Made by a program: the position numbers and the translations under genes
Notes under the pieces: generated by a model
The model's input: the letters and a program-made list of their open reading frames with translations, nothing else
Databases searched by the model: none
What the model was told of the DNA's origin: nothing
Part shown: positions 14,013-28,100 of the stretch, piece after piece
How the letters are laid out: every line of letters starts with the position of its first letter
Numbering within the stretch: the first letter of the stretch is position 1
Source: Eledone cirrhosa
Taxonomy: Eukaryota
NCBI GenBank assembly: GCA_964016885.1
Contig: OZ024743.1
Span: forward strand, 36,952,001 to 37,016,000
Length of the DNA stretch: 64,000 nt
Direction: 5' to 3'

Positions 14013-16402
14013 GAAAACCAGCGAAGTACTCATCACTGGTTTTCTTTCAATTAGGTTTCTTAAAAATTCTGGCCGAAAGAGAGAGTAGCTGTCCATAGCC
14101 TTCATACGACCTCCCTTCCCAGGCCGGTGAAGGGAATTACTCAAACTGAATTAATCAAGAGATCAATCACTCTTTCTATGAAATTATTCATTATTTCAAA
14201 CGAGATTAATGACTGGTTAAATTAAAGGAAGAAGGCAAATTATTCGTGTGTTCAGTTAATAGTAAACTATTTGCTTAAAATATTCTATGCCAGCATATTG
14301 TCTCTTTGTTTACATATCAGACAAGATCTTGTGAAAAAAATTAAGTAAAATGATAAATATTAATAATCAGATAAACTCGGAATAAATTATTGTTAATATT
14401 CTTCAATACTAACTACAAACAATAGCTAGCCTATTTATAGACGTAACCAGGAAAAGTCGTGCAATGGACGGTTTAATGTATAAAATGCAAAATAAATTTA
14501 TAAAATATATAATAATAGATAGGATAAAATAAAGAAAAGGCAAAATAATAGGTGAAATATATGAGAACATTTAATAAAACACTTTTATTTCAGGTAACTT
14601 ATTTTGTTTCCTTTTGTTCATTTCATTATTACGACAATCGTCTTACAAGGAGTTTCAGAAACCTTCCGCTATTGTAAGCTTTAGTTAACAACTGTTGGCC
14701 TTCGGGCGTGTGAACGAACTACCGACTGAAGAGAGAACAAAAACGTGATGCTAAGGTTATTATAAAACGAGGAAAGACCTTTGTGTTTATTGTTTAACGT
14801 AGTTCTTTTCTATAATTTATTTCTTTTTCAAAGTCTAAATTTATTATTTTCAACACCTTGTTCTTTTTTTCGCTCTGTGTCATATCCCAAACCATTTTCG
14901 TAAATATTTTCAGGCCAGTCTTTTAATTCACCACTTCCTCACAATAAAGATACTCTATATATAAAACAACGGCAATAACTTATTGACACCATTGATCATA
15001 TTTGTTTCTTTTCCTTTTAACTTGGCTCGAAGCCAATTTTGTAAAATAAATTAATACAGTCGATAGTTCTTTGTTAGTCCCCTTAGAACGATAAATAGAA
15101 AGAATCGTTAGAATACTCATCAAAATGTCTTGTGGCAGTTAGTTAAGGCTCTTTACATTTTGAGTTCAAATCTTGCCTTTCATCATCTTTTCATGGTCGA
15201 TAAAAAGCACAAATCAAGTACTAGGTACATATAATCGATTGTTCTCTTCTTCCCGAATTTCTAGGCCTGACCCTAAATTAAACATCGGAAGGTGGAGGGT
15301 TGTCAGAACCGTTTTAGCTCAAAAAATGCTTTGCTGTATTTGTTCAGTGCTTTGCATTCTGAATTCACATCCCACCGAGGTCAATATTGCCTTTCAACTT
15401 TACGTGGTTCATAAAATACTGGGTTCAATCTAGGCTCCCATTCGCCACTTAAATTTCTTGCCTTGTGTCTCTGTTAGAAAATGCTATTTGTTTTCCCCAC
15501 ATTTTAGGGATAAAAGGAAAATTCAACTCGTACAGCATTTCAACGCGAAACACGACGATCGAAACTTAATCCTATAACAACAAAAAACAAAAACACGCTC
15601 GGTTTAATATGAAACCGTCATGAATAAAGAAAACATTCTTGAATCGATGAACAATCAATGGTTTCCTTGTTACCTCGATTAATCATTTTTACGTAATACT
15701 CTATTTAGCGTCCCGAATATGAAACATGCTGTGGGATTAGCGGGAGAGTGAAATTTAGATTCGGCCCGGGCAGTTGTGAAACTAAATGTTCGAGTACCAC
15801 AAGGCCTCAAACATATATGCGGTACTGTTGCTTGCACTAATCTATAACGATTTTGATACAAGATTAGCATTTTTTTCTTTTATTGGGAGAGAAGTCGAAT
15901 ATATAGACACCGGTACATGATTTTTACTATATTTTATAGATCCCGAATGGATGAAAGGCAAAATTCACCTCATCAAGATTCGAACTAAGGATCTAATTAA
16001 CCGTAACTAAACGCTTTAACGATCCAACCAATCCATTGCCTTTGCACTAATTTATTATGGAAGTACATGATAACTCTATTTTCTGCGAAAACGTTATGTA
16101 GATGTTTGATCGAAACGTTATGTAGATGTTCGATCAAACATACATATACTTGTTTCAATATATGTATGTGATTTAATGTAAACCAGTGTTTCTCACAGGG
16201 GCGTGAGACGAGGGTATGAGAATTGAAAAGCGACTGGACAAACTTAATTGATAAAATTAATATGTTCATCATAGCCAGAATTCTATTAAATAATTCTGCT
16301 GTAATCTGTTATACTGTATAACTTAAATTTCACTGATTTCTTGGTGGGGAAATATCTGTCAGTTTGAGAACTGTAAACAACTTACTCTAAACATTTACCC
16401 TG

Positions 16403-16657
16403 CGTCTGTGAAGGCGCATGGCTTAGTGGTTAGAGCATTGGGCTTGCAATCGAAAGGTTGTGAGTTCAATTCTCGGACCGGGTGATGTGTTGTTTCCTTG
16501 AGCAAGACACTTTATTTCACTTTGCTCCAGTTTACTCAGCTGTAGAAATGAGATGATAGGAGTGGGGTCCCAATCATTAAATTACCCAAGACACCTCCAA
16601 CGAGATATACCTTGGAGGAGACCAGCTAAACCCGCATAGGTGTGAGCTGTCACACAC
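16403..16657 (+). mobile_element. tRNA-derived SINE family B (CORE-like central domain) with 14-bp TSD
   Basis: A box TGGCTTAGTGG, B box GAGTTCAATTC, CCTTGAGCAAGACACTT core-like segment, (CA)n tail. TSD AAACATTTACCCTG at 16389 and 16658. Confidence 0.8.
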
Positions 16658-18198
16658 AAACATTTACCCTGTAGTAAACCATAGTATATACTATAAAGAA
16701 ATTGATTTGTTCAATTTCTCTTGAAAGAAAACAGGGGAATAATAACGAATGCATGTATTTTCTTAGGCCGTGTATCCAATACTATACAAGATGATAAGTG
16801 TGAAATACAGAGTCAGGTGATTGATAATTTCTAATCGCAGATATCAATGAATGGATGACTTGAAAGTTGGGAATATTCATCTAGATGGTCCTTGAGAGGA
16901 TCCAGTTGCATATCAGTTTTTTTTCTGGGAGAAGGGGGTTTTCTAGCAAAAAAGATGTTGTGTGTTGTCTCCAGTGACCCTTCCACAGCTCAGTTTAGCC
17001 GAGCGAGATAAAGATAGAAAGAGAGAGAGAGAAGATTCTAGTCTAGTACTTGGCTGGTAGTATATTTAACGACTGCGAAAGAATGAAAAGTAAAATTGAT
17101 TGAGGCGAAATTTAAATTCAGAGAGCAGATAGCATGGCATACTATCAAACGCGCTAAAGACCCCCGTTCATTCACCCACTTGATGTAAGCATTAGCGCTG
17201 CTTCTCTACATGCAGGGAATAAAATCTGGAACTTTATGTATATTTATTTTCTGGGAATATAAGTAAATAAAAAAAATACGGCAAATAGAATTTTAAACAA
17301 TCTATTAAAATCAATGGTGAGAAAAAAGTGAAAAAAAAGAAACCCCTGTAACGAGTATTTACAGAAAAGTACACCGGATGGTAAAACGGCCTTGAAGAAA
17401 ATTATATATACAACTAGTGTATAAAAGATCAGGAACTATAATAGAGAAAATAAGGATAAGTTGAAAACGAAACTGAAAATTATGGGCAAGGGGAGTTGGT
17501 GGCAAATTATAAACTGAGGAAAACTAAAAAGAAAAACTAAAACGAAAAGAAATGAAAAACTAATGATATTGAAAAGGTAAAAAAAAAAAAATGGAAAAGA
17601 GATAAATGAGCCGTGTGCAAATTTCTTTTACTGTTTATCGTTTCATTTATATACTCTCATTTACTCTTTTACTGGTTTCAGTCGAGTCTGTGCCGAAAGA
17701 TATTTTTGTATCCTCCTTGATATTTGTATAGTTATTCTTTTATTAGTTTTAGTCATTAGATTGTGGCGATACTGGAGAATTTTTTAGTCGATCATATTCA
17801 CCCCAGTACTTATTTTGTTTTCAAGTCTGGTAATCATTTTATCGAAACGCGAAGTTGCGGGGCAAAAATAAAGAGTAAACCTATACAGAGACACGAGTAA
17901 ACACACACATATACACACGACAGGCATTCTTAGTTTCCGCCTACTAAATTTCATTCGCATAGCAACCCAATACTATAGTAGAAGACATTTGCCCAAAGTG
18001 TCATACGGATGGACTAAACACGAAACCATGTGTTTGTGGAGCGAATTTCGTGACCACACAGCTATGCTTTTGCCTATATATATTCTTGGTGAAAATTAAT
18101 TTAATTTCTGAAATCTTTTGACATCAAAGCACCTGAAACGATCAAAACTGTTTCAAGATTTTTATATTTTTATATCCTTCCACCATTATAACCTTAAG

Positions 18199-18367
18199 GG
18201 TGGTGGATTGGCAGTATCGCCATGCTTTCCAGCATAGTTACGTCCCTTTACGATCTGAGTTCAAATCCCGCCGAGGTTGACTTTGCCTTTCATCCTTACG
18301 GGGTCAATAAAATAAAGTACCAGTAATGCACAGGGTAATTGCTGGCCTTGTGCCTAAAGTAGAAACA
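18199..18367 (+). mobile_element. SINE A with 14-bp TSD
   Basis: ATTATAACCTTAAG at 18185-18198 and 18368-18381. Confidence 0.9.
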
Positions 18368-19038
18368 ATTATAACCTTAAGTTATGCTCCAAACACCAGA
18401 TTAATAGTGAGAAAGAAAATTATATTACTAAATTACTCCAAATAATTATTTAAAAAATTAATTGAAAATCATAAGTGAGTTACATTAGAAAAGTGGTAAT
18501 GAAAGAGTTAAACGATGGAATTCTCTCCGAAATATTGGTTAAGTGAAAATTAAGAACAAAACGTGCCAATGTAGAGAGTAGAATAAAACATTATTTGAAA
18601 TATCAAGTGTTAGCTTGATTGTATAGAGGGAAATTGATTCTCTCGATATTAATGTAACTAAGAGGTGGTATCTCCGGGCTGTTCGAAATAATGACTGAAT
18701 AACAACGAATGGGAAATATCTTTTATTGCAAGCTTTAGCAAAAATACTTCAATAGCGTCAGAATACAGGTGTACATATATTCTTTTACTGGTTTCAGTCA
18801 TTTGATTGCGGCCTTGCTGGGGCACCACTTTTATTTTTAGCTGATTGAATCCAGTACTCATTTTATCGATCACTTCTTGTTGCACCTCTAAGTTACGGAT
18901 TATGAACGCGCGAGCGCACACACACACAATATCTATATATATGTGTGTGTGTGTTTCCCGGGTTTAATTGGGGGTAACCACAGTAAGTAAGGTACTCAAT
19001 ACAAATTCGAATGAAACAGTTCTAGTCCTGTAGAAGCC

Positions 19039-19093
<55 letters not shown>

Positions 19094-19854
19094 AACATTT
19101 TTTTACTTTTTAACCTTATAACATCTAATCCTTGGAGTCATCTGAGATCTTAAAAATATCACTTCTAACTTCCTTTACATTTCCTTACGGTTTTTATAAT
19201 ATAATTAAGTGGTTATTCCTTTGTAAACTCTGTTTAAATTTTGACTTACAACTTTTAATAAAATAAACTATACTAGATTTTCTCTAATGTAAAATACTAT
19301 ATATTTATTTAAATAATTTATAATCCTTAACATACACATTTAAACTAATTATTAATATTAAATTATTAAATTAAATCTTTAATATTAAGGCAAATTTTAA
19401 TCTTTAATTTTGATTTCTAATTTTTAATCTTAATCTAATTTTTCAACCTATCACTATAAGTACCTTTTCAAAACATAATGAACCCTGCATTATAAATATT
19501 ATTCTTCCACGTTAATATTATCTCTTCTTTCACTTAGATATACTTACGCTGTGTATATTTATCTTTTGAAATTTATTTCTTCATGCACTCTATCTTCACT
19601 ATCAATATATATAATTGTTTTTTCTTTCCTCTTCTATCTTCCTCCTTCCCTTTTCTTTTTTTCTTTTTTTCTTTTTTCTCTTTCTCTTACATATCATCTT
19701 CTTCCAACAGTTTAATTTAAATAAACCGTTATCTTTTCAACCTTTCGGACACTCATTTGCATACTCACTCATAACTTTATATTACCCTCAATAAATGTAC
19801 TATCTCCACTATCCACCAAGCTCCAACCGTTAAGGTTGTCTTTTTTTTCCGGGT

Positions 19855-20078
19855 ATGTCAATATTTATTTATAAACCAAATCTGTATTTCATCTGATGAA
19901 AGCGCACCATAATTTACCTTGGTTGCCCTTGAAATATATAATAAAATAAATATGGTTTTATAAATATAGTTTCCATTTATTAATATATTGTGTATTTACT
20001 CCACTAATCTGTTGAGTGCTTTATATCAGTTATAAAATGTTCAAGCTTGTTGAATCCCAACAAATTAAATATAACCTC

Positions 20079-20082
<4 letters not shown>
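19855..20082 (+). mobile_element. Penelope-like terminal repeat P1, second copy, with a degenerate hammerhead at 19885-19948
   Basis: TATTTCAT-CTGATGA-...TGGTTGCCCTT-GAAA-TATATA-ATAAAATA; ends at (TA)n. Confidence 0.55.
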
Positions 20083-20142
<60 letters not shown>

Positions 20143-21044
20143 ATGGATGCAACTCGATTTCGAGTAATGCTATCGTTTGATACTTAAGCATGAGCATCAC
20201 GGGCGTGGCTTTTTTTGTCCTGCTAGGGACTTGCCTATGGCCAGCAATACAATGCATCACAAAAAATGTCACATATCAAGCGATGCCTGTGCTTGAAGCT
20301 TTTTTAAGCGAGGAAAAGCTTTGCAAGAGGCCAATCCCACTCTCTGAACATCGAATGTATTTACCCCAAAAGAAGAACTGGTCTACATCATTGATGCAAA
20401 CGAAGTCGCAGGTTTTATATCAGAGTGACCTTCTCCTAGATAGATGTCTTAATGAAGACGCCTCGTCTCTCGCCACACACGCACACACACACACACACGC
20501 ACACACTTTCTATCTACCAAATTCCACTCATACGGCTTTGATAAAGCTATAGTGACTGAACCCAGAACCACATAATCACTCAATTATCCCAGCTCGTATA
20601 TTTGATTTAAATGATTATTTATCTATATTTATCTACTTATTTTGTGTGGGTGCGGGTATGGTTAGATGGCTAAGAAGTTTGCTTTGCAATCAATAGTTCC
20701 CGAGTTCGATGGCATTTCGAGCAGATGTCTTTATAATAACTTCATGTTGACCCAAGTCTTGAAACTATGGAAACACATGGGTTGGATTGTATCTATAATT
20801 CCATGCTAATTCGGTTTGGAAATTTACTGTGATTCCCAAACCGAAGGTGCACGTGCCTATGGAATGCTCAAACACTTACACGTTTAATCAAGGGAATTTA
20901 ATACATAATAAATGTATGATCATAGAAGTGATCAATAACAATTTCATTCACTTATAGGGGTGCAATATAGGGATATAAACCGATCCCCTACTTGACTGCT
21001 ACTTTGAGGATATTTTCCTTGCAGTAAACAAATGAAATAGAAAG

Positions 21045-21560
21045 GATTTAGGCACAAAGCCGACAGTTTTAGGGGAGGGGAAAGCGATTAAATCGACCCC
21101 AGTGTGTCACTTATACTTTATTTTATCGACCCCGTAAGGATGAACGGTAAATCTAATCTTGGTGGGATTTGAACTCAGAACTTAAAGGGACGTAACTATA
21201 TGCCGCAAATATATTGTCCGAAGATCGACCGATGCGTCTAATCCACCGCGTTATAATGGTTTTTGATTTAGGAAGAAGGCCAACACTTTTCGGAGAGCTT
21301 AACGAGGGGATATCGAGGGATATCGTGAGGTTATCGAGGAGATACCGAGGAGTTATCGAGGAGATATCGAGGAGATATCGAGGGGATATCGAGGGGATAT
21401 CGAGGGGATATCGAGGGGATATCGAGGAGATATCGAGGGGATATCGAGGGGTTATCGAGGGGATATCGAGGGGATATCGATTAAATCGACCCCGTACGTA
21501 ACTGGTACTTTATTATCCCATAAGGTTGAAAAGCAAAGGTAAGCTCGGCGGGGTCTGAAC
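21045..21560 (-). mobile_element. Two SINE A copies; the second has an internal 11-bp tandem expansion
   Basis: Reverse-complement SINE motifs; (GAGGGGATATC)n at 21303-21480. Confidence 0.8.
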
Positions 21561-22174
21561 TCTGTGGCAACCAGCGTTCCCACACCTGTTGCTGATGATG
21601 ATAACGATGATGCTGAAGGTGATATTAATGGAGAGTATGATGAAGATGTGGTGTGCAATGGAAGTGAATAAAAGCAAACTACCGTTTGTTAATAACTTAG
21701 TGTATGACGACAGATTTCTTCAAAAGATGTGTTATCGAATGTATTGTAATGAAATGTAAAAGAAAACCTTCATTTTCATTTGTTGAAATCTAACGTCAGC
21801 TAAATCTAAATATCGTCTGCTTTTACAAATACGTGGAAATCGAATTCTATATTCTTTTTTAGAACGGGGATGTTAGTGGAGTTAGTAATAAATCAATATT
21901 TCTTTCTCTAATATGTCTTCATTGACGATGCATAAAATAAAAACATTTTCCAGGTTTCGTATTAAGAAGAACACACGTTCACCCCCACACAAACACATTC
22001 ACATATACAAAGACAAAAACAAAACAGTGCACGCACGCACACGCACACGCGTACAGGTAAAAACATTATGCATCTAGACATAAACACTCCGCCCATGTTG
22101 ACATATATCCACACTAAAACAAAATTACACCAATACACATGCATACATATAAGAATAAACACACTCACTGTGAC

Positions 22175-22280
22175 TACATACATACATGCACATACATACA
22201 TACATACATACATACATACATACATACATACATACATACATACATACATACATACATACATACATACATACATACATACA
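22175..22280. repeat. (TACA)n microsatellite, 5' flank of the RLE LINE
   Basis: Read directly; continues at 24256-24279. Confidence 0.95.
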
Positions 22281-24253
22281 AAATGATTCAGGAAAAAACA
22301 ACAAAGAATCGCAGAAACATGACTGTCGAGTGGCTGGACTATCAAAAAGCATTTGATAGTGTACCTCATGGGTGGATTGTTAAGGCTTTACAGTTAGCTA
22401 AAGTCCCACAACCATTGGTAGCTGCTGTTGAACGCCTGACCAAGAACTGGTACACCAGTTTGATCCTTAGAGGTGAGAAGGAGCAGGTTAGGACTGATAA
22501 GATACATTACCAGAAGGGCATCTTTCAGGGTGATAGCTTGTCGGTGCTACTCTTCGTTCTCTCACTGAATCCACTATCTTACCTACTCAGGAAACAAGGT
22601 CGACAAAGAAGTGGGACCAGAAGTATCTCCCATCTTTTCTTTGTTGATGACCTGAAGTTGTATGGGACAAATATCAATGACATCAAGAAACAATTAGACC
22701 TCATTACACAATTTTCAACCGACATCAAAATGAAATTTGGTGAGTCCAAGTGTGCATATTTGGCAGTAAAACGTGGAAGAGCTGTGCCCTCCTCTAGAAA
22801 TCTAGAGATGAACGGCCTGACAATACAACCTCTGCAGTCAGGTGACAACTACAGATATCTTGGACAGGATGAGAATGTCAGATATGATGGACCCATAAAT
22901 AAGGAGAAAACCAGAACTGAATACCTCAGAAGAGTAAAGAAAATATGGTCATCAGAACTGTCAGCTTACAACAAATACATTGCCCACAATACTTATGCTG
23001 TGCCAATTCTAACGCCAACATTTGGCCTACTGAACTGGTCATTGCAAGAACTAAGTGAGATGGATGTTAGAACTCGAAAACTTCTCAGTGTTACTGGGAA
23101 CTTTAACATCAATGGTGATGTGGATAGGCTATACTTCTCACGCAAGGAAGGTGGCCGGGGTCTAAAATCAATATTAACAACATATGAGACCCGGATAGTG
23201 ACACTGAAGCAACACCTTCAACAGAGGAAAAAGGTTGGCAACCATCTTGCCCAGGTTTATGACCATGAAAAAAGAAATATCATTAGAATAGCGACTGATC
23301 TGGAGGAGAGATATGGAATAAAGCCCGATATAAATCTCTCACCCAGAGAAATCGGAAGATCCTATTCAATGTTCAAACAAGAAAAAAAAATTGACCAATT
23401 TACAGAAAAAGTTGTGCATGGATACTTGAGGCGTAAAACACAGACCATAGAGGGGATAAACCACTCAAAAAGCCTGGCATGGAGTTCCGACAAGTTTATG
23501 ACATCACACCTTGAGGGATATCTCTATGCAATACAGGAACAAGAACTCCCTACCAAATATCTGCTGCACAAAAGAGGAGGGCCAGCAGCTGACAATAAAT
23601 GTAGGCTATGTAAAACAAAGATCGAGGATGTAAGCCACATTGTTGCCAGCTGCGAAAGAATGTCATCTTGCTACTACCTCCCCATGAGACACGATGGGAT
23701 AGCTAGAACCATCTGGAACGCACTTCGGAAAACAAAATTAACAACAAACGAGGAAGAATATATTGAGACAGATGGCACTAAGGAATACTGGTGGAACCTG
23801 AAAATAAAAACTGCCACCAGATTAAAGCACAACCGGCCTGATATTGTAGTTTGGGACCACACATTGAAAACGTGTTCTGTTGTGGAGATCAGCTGCCCAC
23901 TTGATGTAAACGTTGTCAGAAAAATACAGGAGAAGGAGGACATCTACGGACCATTGATGAGGAGTTTACAAATCCAGTATCCAAGATACACCTTTAGCTT
24001 CATACCCATCATTATTGGTGCTACGGGTTATATACCAACCCGCTTGGACCAAAGTATGACTGAACTTGGATTTGCGGACAAAAAGCGCAGCTCCCTAATT
24101 CATAGTCTACAAATGGCTGCGATAGCTGGCACCTTCAAAATTTGCAAAACATTCTTGCGATTCAAGGGATGACAATTTCTTTTCTTTTACAACCTTGCCA
24201 CCAGGAAGGTGGCCGGTCAAAAAAATATACTCAAAATTAAGAGAAAGAGAAAA
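22281..24253 (+). mobile_element. 5'-truncated non-LTR retrotransposon with RT, CCHC finger and restriction-like endonuclease (R2 superfamily, probably R4/Dong clade)
   Basis: Uninterrupted ORF to 24172. RT motifs WLDYQKAFDSVPH, GIFQGDSLS and HLFFVDDLKL; zinc finger CRLC...H...C; RHD; HNRPDIVVWD...VVEISCP. About 80 nt of 3' UTR, flanked on both sides by (TACA)n. Confidence 0.95.
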
Positions 24254-24279
24254 CACATACATACATACATACATACATA

Positions 24280-25122
24280 AGGATGCAGGCAAAACACCTA
24301 GATGTGATAATAAGTGTAGACTCTGCAGAACTAACATCGAAGATATCACTCATGTCATCAGCAGCTGTCCAAAGATGTCATCGCGGTACTATCTACCTAT
24401 GAGGCATGATGTAGTGGCCAAAACACTGTACAATGCAATCCGTAAAAAAGATAGCTCCGATAATAAACACATTAAAAGCTACAGCAATGTGGAAGACATC
24501 CATGTACATAATATGAAAGAGTACTGGTGGAATGTTCCAGTAAATATCCCAATAAAATGCAGGCATAACAGACCAGATATTTTATGATATGGGACAGGGA
24601 GAAGAAAACATGCACAGTAGTGGAAATTAGCTGCCCAGCAGATGCCAATATAATATCAAAGATTAGCGAAAAGGAGAATATTTATGCAGAATTGATGAGA
24701 AATCTGCAGATACTCCACCCTGATTACACCTTCAGATTTATGCCTGTGATTATTGGGGCACTGGGGTATGTTAGTAACTGCCTCAATACAAATCTTGAGA
24801 AGCTAGGCTTCACAGGAACAGAAAGAACACTACTAGTTAGGAAATTATAAGTACAATGAAACAGTAAAAATATGTAAAACATTCCAAACATTTGGCATCT
24901 AATAACTGCATATACACATGTACAGATACAAAGCATATACAAATGCACACATACAACTCAAAACATCCACATCCACACATACAATAACATCCATATCTAC
25001 ACATGCATGCATACATAATCTACCTAGTTGATGTTGTGTAAATTCCAACGAGAGAGTCTTGTGTCTATGTTAGAAACCGACTCTCTCTCTATTGGGAAAA
25101 AATTCGTGAACTTATACATACA
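24280..25122 (+). mobile_element. Second, older RLE-LINE 3' fragment from a related but distinct subfamily
   Basis: CRLCRTNIEDITHVISSC...RHD...HNRPD, frameshift near 24584, then VVEISCP... with a stop at 24850. Starts right after (CATA)n and ends in ATACATACA; the 3' end is approximate. Confidence 0.88.
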
Positions 25123-28100
25123 GCGTCTATGGATCTCCGATGGTTTCAACTATAAGTGTTCCATTTGTTCGATAAACAGAACAGTTTACACATAAAATTA
25201 AGGTGTAAGTGGCTGAGCATTCCACAGACACGGGTACCCTCAACCTAAGTCTCAGCGTGACTAGTCTGGCCTTTGAATTACAGGAACAGTTTATTCGACG
25301 GGCTTCCAAACAGTTTCTTTCTACCTAATTTCAATCACAATGCACGTGTCTGTCAGAGGCTATGGTAAATGAAACTTTTCCATGATGCCCTGCAGTGAGA
25401 TCGAATCCGGAAGCTAAAGATTGCAAACTATTCGGCCATGTTGTGTCTCTCCCACACACAACTATATTTTACTATTGTTGAAGATATGTCAGGAGTTATG
25501 AGCAGAAGATATGAGCATTTATGAATCGGACCAGATTGATAAATTTCCTGCGGCACAAAACTATTTTGTTGTCTTATCACTATTCTTTTTACTGTAAAAT
25601 TGTATTTTTCTGTAATGTTTTGTCTATTTTAGTCTTATATTTTGTTATCGGGTAAGGTTGTGTAAAGAAAACTTCTATCTCTCTACTCATGTAGTTTTGT
25701 TTCTCGCGATGGCTTTTTTATGAAATCCTTCCCCAGAATGTATAGAATGCATTAGTTCTTGTGTGTAATAGTTCGGACAAATCTATGTATATTGTGTTAG
25801 GTTTCTGTATGATTAAATGGATATGCCAAAATGGATATGCCTGTATATGTGTGTAATTGGTCTCGAGTCTATGCATGTTTGCGTCTGATGCACACGCACA
25901 AACACACATGCACGAATGCTTGCGCTGGAAAGTGATTTTAATCTCCGCAGAATATCAAGTCTGTAGTATTTCACTTGGGTTGATTTGTCATGTTCCTGTG
26001 ATTTCAGTTCGTAGGCTAGTATGATACCCGCTACATATCATTAAACCTTCGATGCTGACCCAACAGCCCAGTAATGGGTGGTCTCGTGGAAATTTTGTCT
26101 CGTGTGCATGTGAGAAAAAGAGAGTTAGAGAGAGAGAGGGAGAGAGAGTGGGGATAATGAAGTAAGGTCACACTTAAGCGATAAGTCATGGATTGGAACA
26201 GACATTGGTTTTGACGGTGAGTGTTCCTGTTATTCAGTCACCGGTGCAGCCTTTGCGTAAAATTAACGTGCATGTGGCTGAGTATTCCACAGACATGAGC
26301 ATCCTTAATGTAATTCTTAGTGAAATTCAGCGTGGCACAATATGTGTCATGACTGGACATTCAAATTCAAGTACAATCCATCCGACAGTATTCCACGCAG
26401 ATTCCAATGTCATTTAACAGGCTTGAATTGATCTGAACCTATAGTAAAGGAACTTGCCAACATGCCATGCCGTGGATCAAACCTTAACGTAATAATTTCA
26501 AAGTTGAACTTCTAAACCACTCAATCATGCCTATATTCATGTCTCATATTTAATGCATGCACGCACAGTCCCATAACTCCTGACGGAGTCGTAACGTCGC
26601 CGTATTAACATACGGCATTTCTCGGGTATTTTAAAACCTGGCGGATCCCAATCTTCTCCAGGTCTGAATACAGCAGATTCTTCCAAAGAAAGAGAGAGAA
26701 TGGAAGTGAGAAAGAGGTATAGAGGAAAAAATCAACCCCAGTACTGGACTGGTACATTTTTATATCGATCACAAATGGATAAAAGTCAAAGTTGACTTCG
26801 GCGGGATTTGAACTCAGAGAGCGGTAGCGAATACCACAAAGTATTCTATCCGACGTTCTAACGACTCAGCCAATTTGCCGCCTTCCTCATATTTAATATA
26901 AACTGAAAAACAAGTAATGCAACACTTCAACTGAAAGTAGTGTATTCTTAAAATTAGATACTATTTGAATAAATCAATTTATCGTTCGTGTGAGCATGCG
27001 TCATGGTGCCAACACATACTAAAGATAGCCGAGATATTGTATGGTTCTGTGAAAGATTCATTTCTTATATTTATGTGCAAGATGACAAACAAATATGGCA
27101 ACATTTAAACGGAAACGTCATGGATTTTTCAAATTAGATATTGTTTCAATAATACAATTTAGTGATCATGGTGTCAATACAAACTGGAAATGTTAATTTA
27201 TAAAGACGCCATTGAAACAAGTGTCTGTGAATGCTGAAACCTAGTCACCAGAATGTCAAGTAAGCATAGTTGCTATCAGTCATAATCTATGTGAGTCACC
27301 TTGTCTAGGAATTATGGAACGATTGAGTACTGGAAAATATGTTGCTTTGTCTTCATTCGTTTATCAAGGAGCACAAAAATATTTATACCATAGAACACTT
27401 CATGGAATCATGGAATTAATGACCCCCTTTTATACCCCAGGCTTGTATAAACAATAATAAATAGATAAGAGAATATAAAATAATAGAAGGACTGATTATA
27501 TATAAATCAGGAACATGTATAAGCAAGTTGTATTTTATTGTATTATTTTATATATTTTTATTTCTCATACAAATGTCATGTTTTGGCCAAAAAGTTCAAT
27601 CCACCATCTAAGTAGTCATATCAATACCTGGAGGTCGATATTAAGTGCTACTGCTTGCATGTGCAGTGCAACCCTTCACATGGTCAGTTCGTCGGTGACT
27701 AAACTGGTAACCCTACTAAGCTTGCTTAATGAAGAGGGTGATTTTGGAAACCCTGCAGGATGAAAAACAAAACCTGACAAAGGGTGGAGGAAATCATGTG
27801 AGTCAACGGCCATCCAATAGTGTGTACATATGTATATATCGCGTGGGTGTGTAAATATGTATTTGTTAATTTAAGAGCGTGCAGAGCTGCAGTAGATTTC
27901 ACTGGTTGGCACTGGATGGTATTTTGTGGTAGCCCCATGTGCCCCAGTGTCTGTTCAACATGCTACTCAGCAAACTGATGATACGCAATATATGCTCATT
28001 CAAGCTGAGCATTTAGCCTCTCTCAGCTCGAAGACCAACCTGCGTGGTGAAAAGCCACATCCTACACGAGTTGCCTCCGATATGGCTATCATAGGATAGT

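Noticed and set aside
22139-22280. N-terminal YIHT repeats of the 677-aa ORF
   Set aside because: Read-through of the (TACA)n flank; the element is 5'-truncated within the RT.
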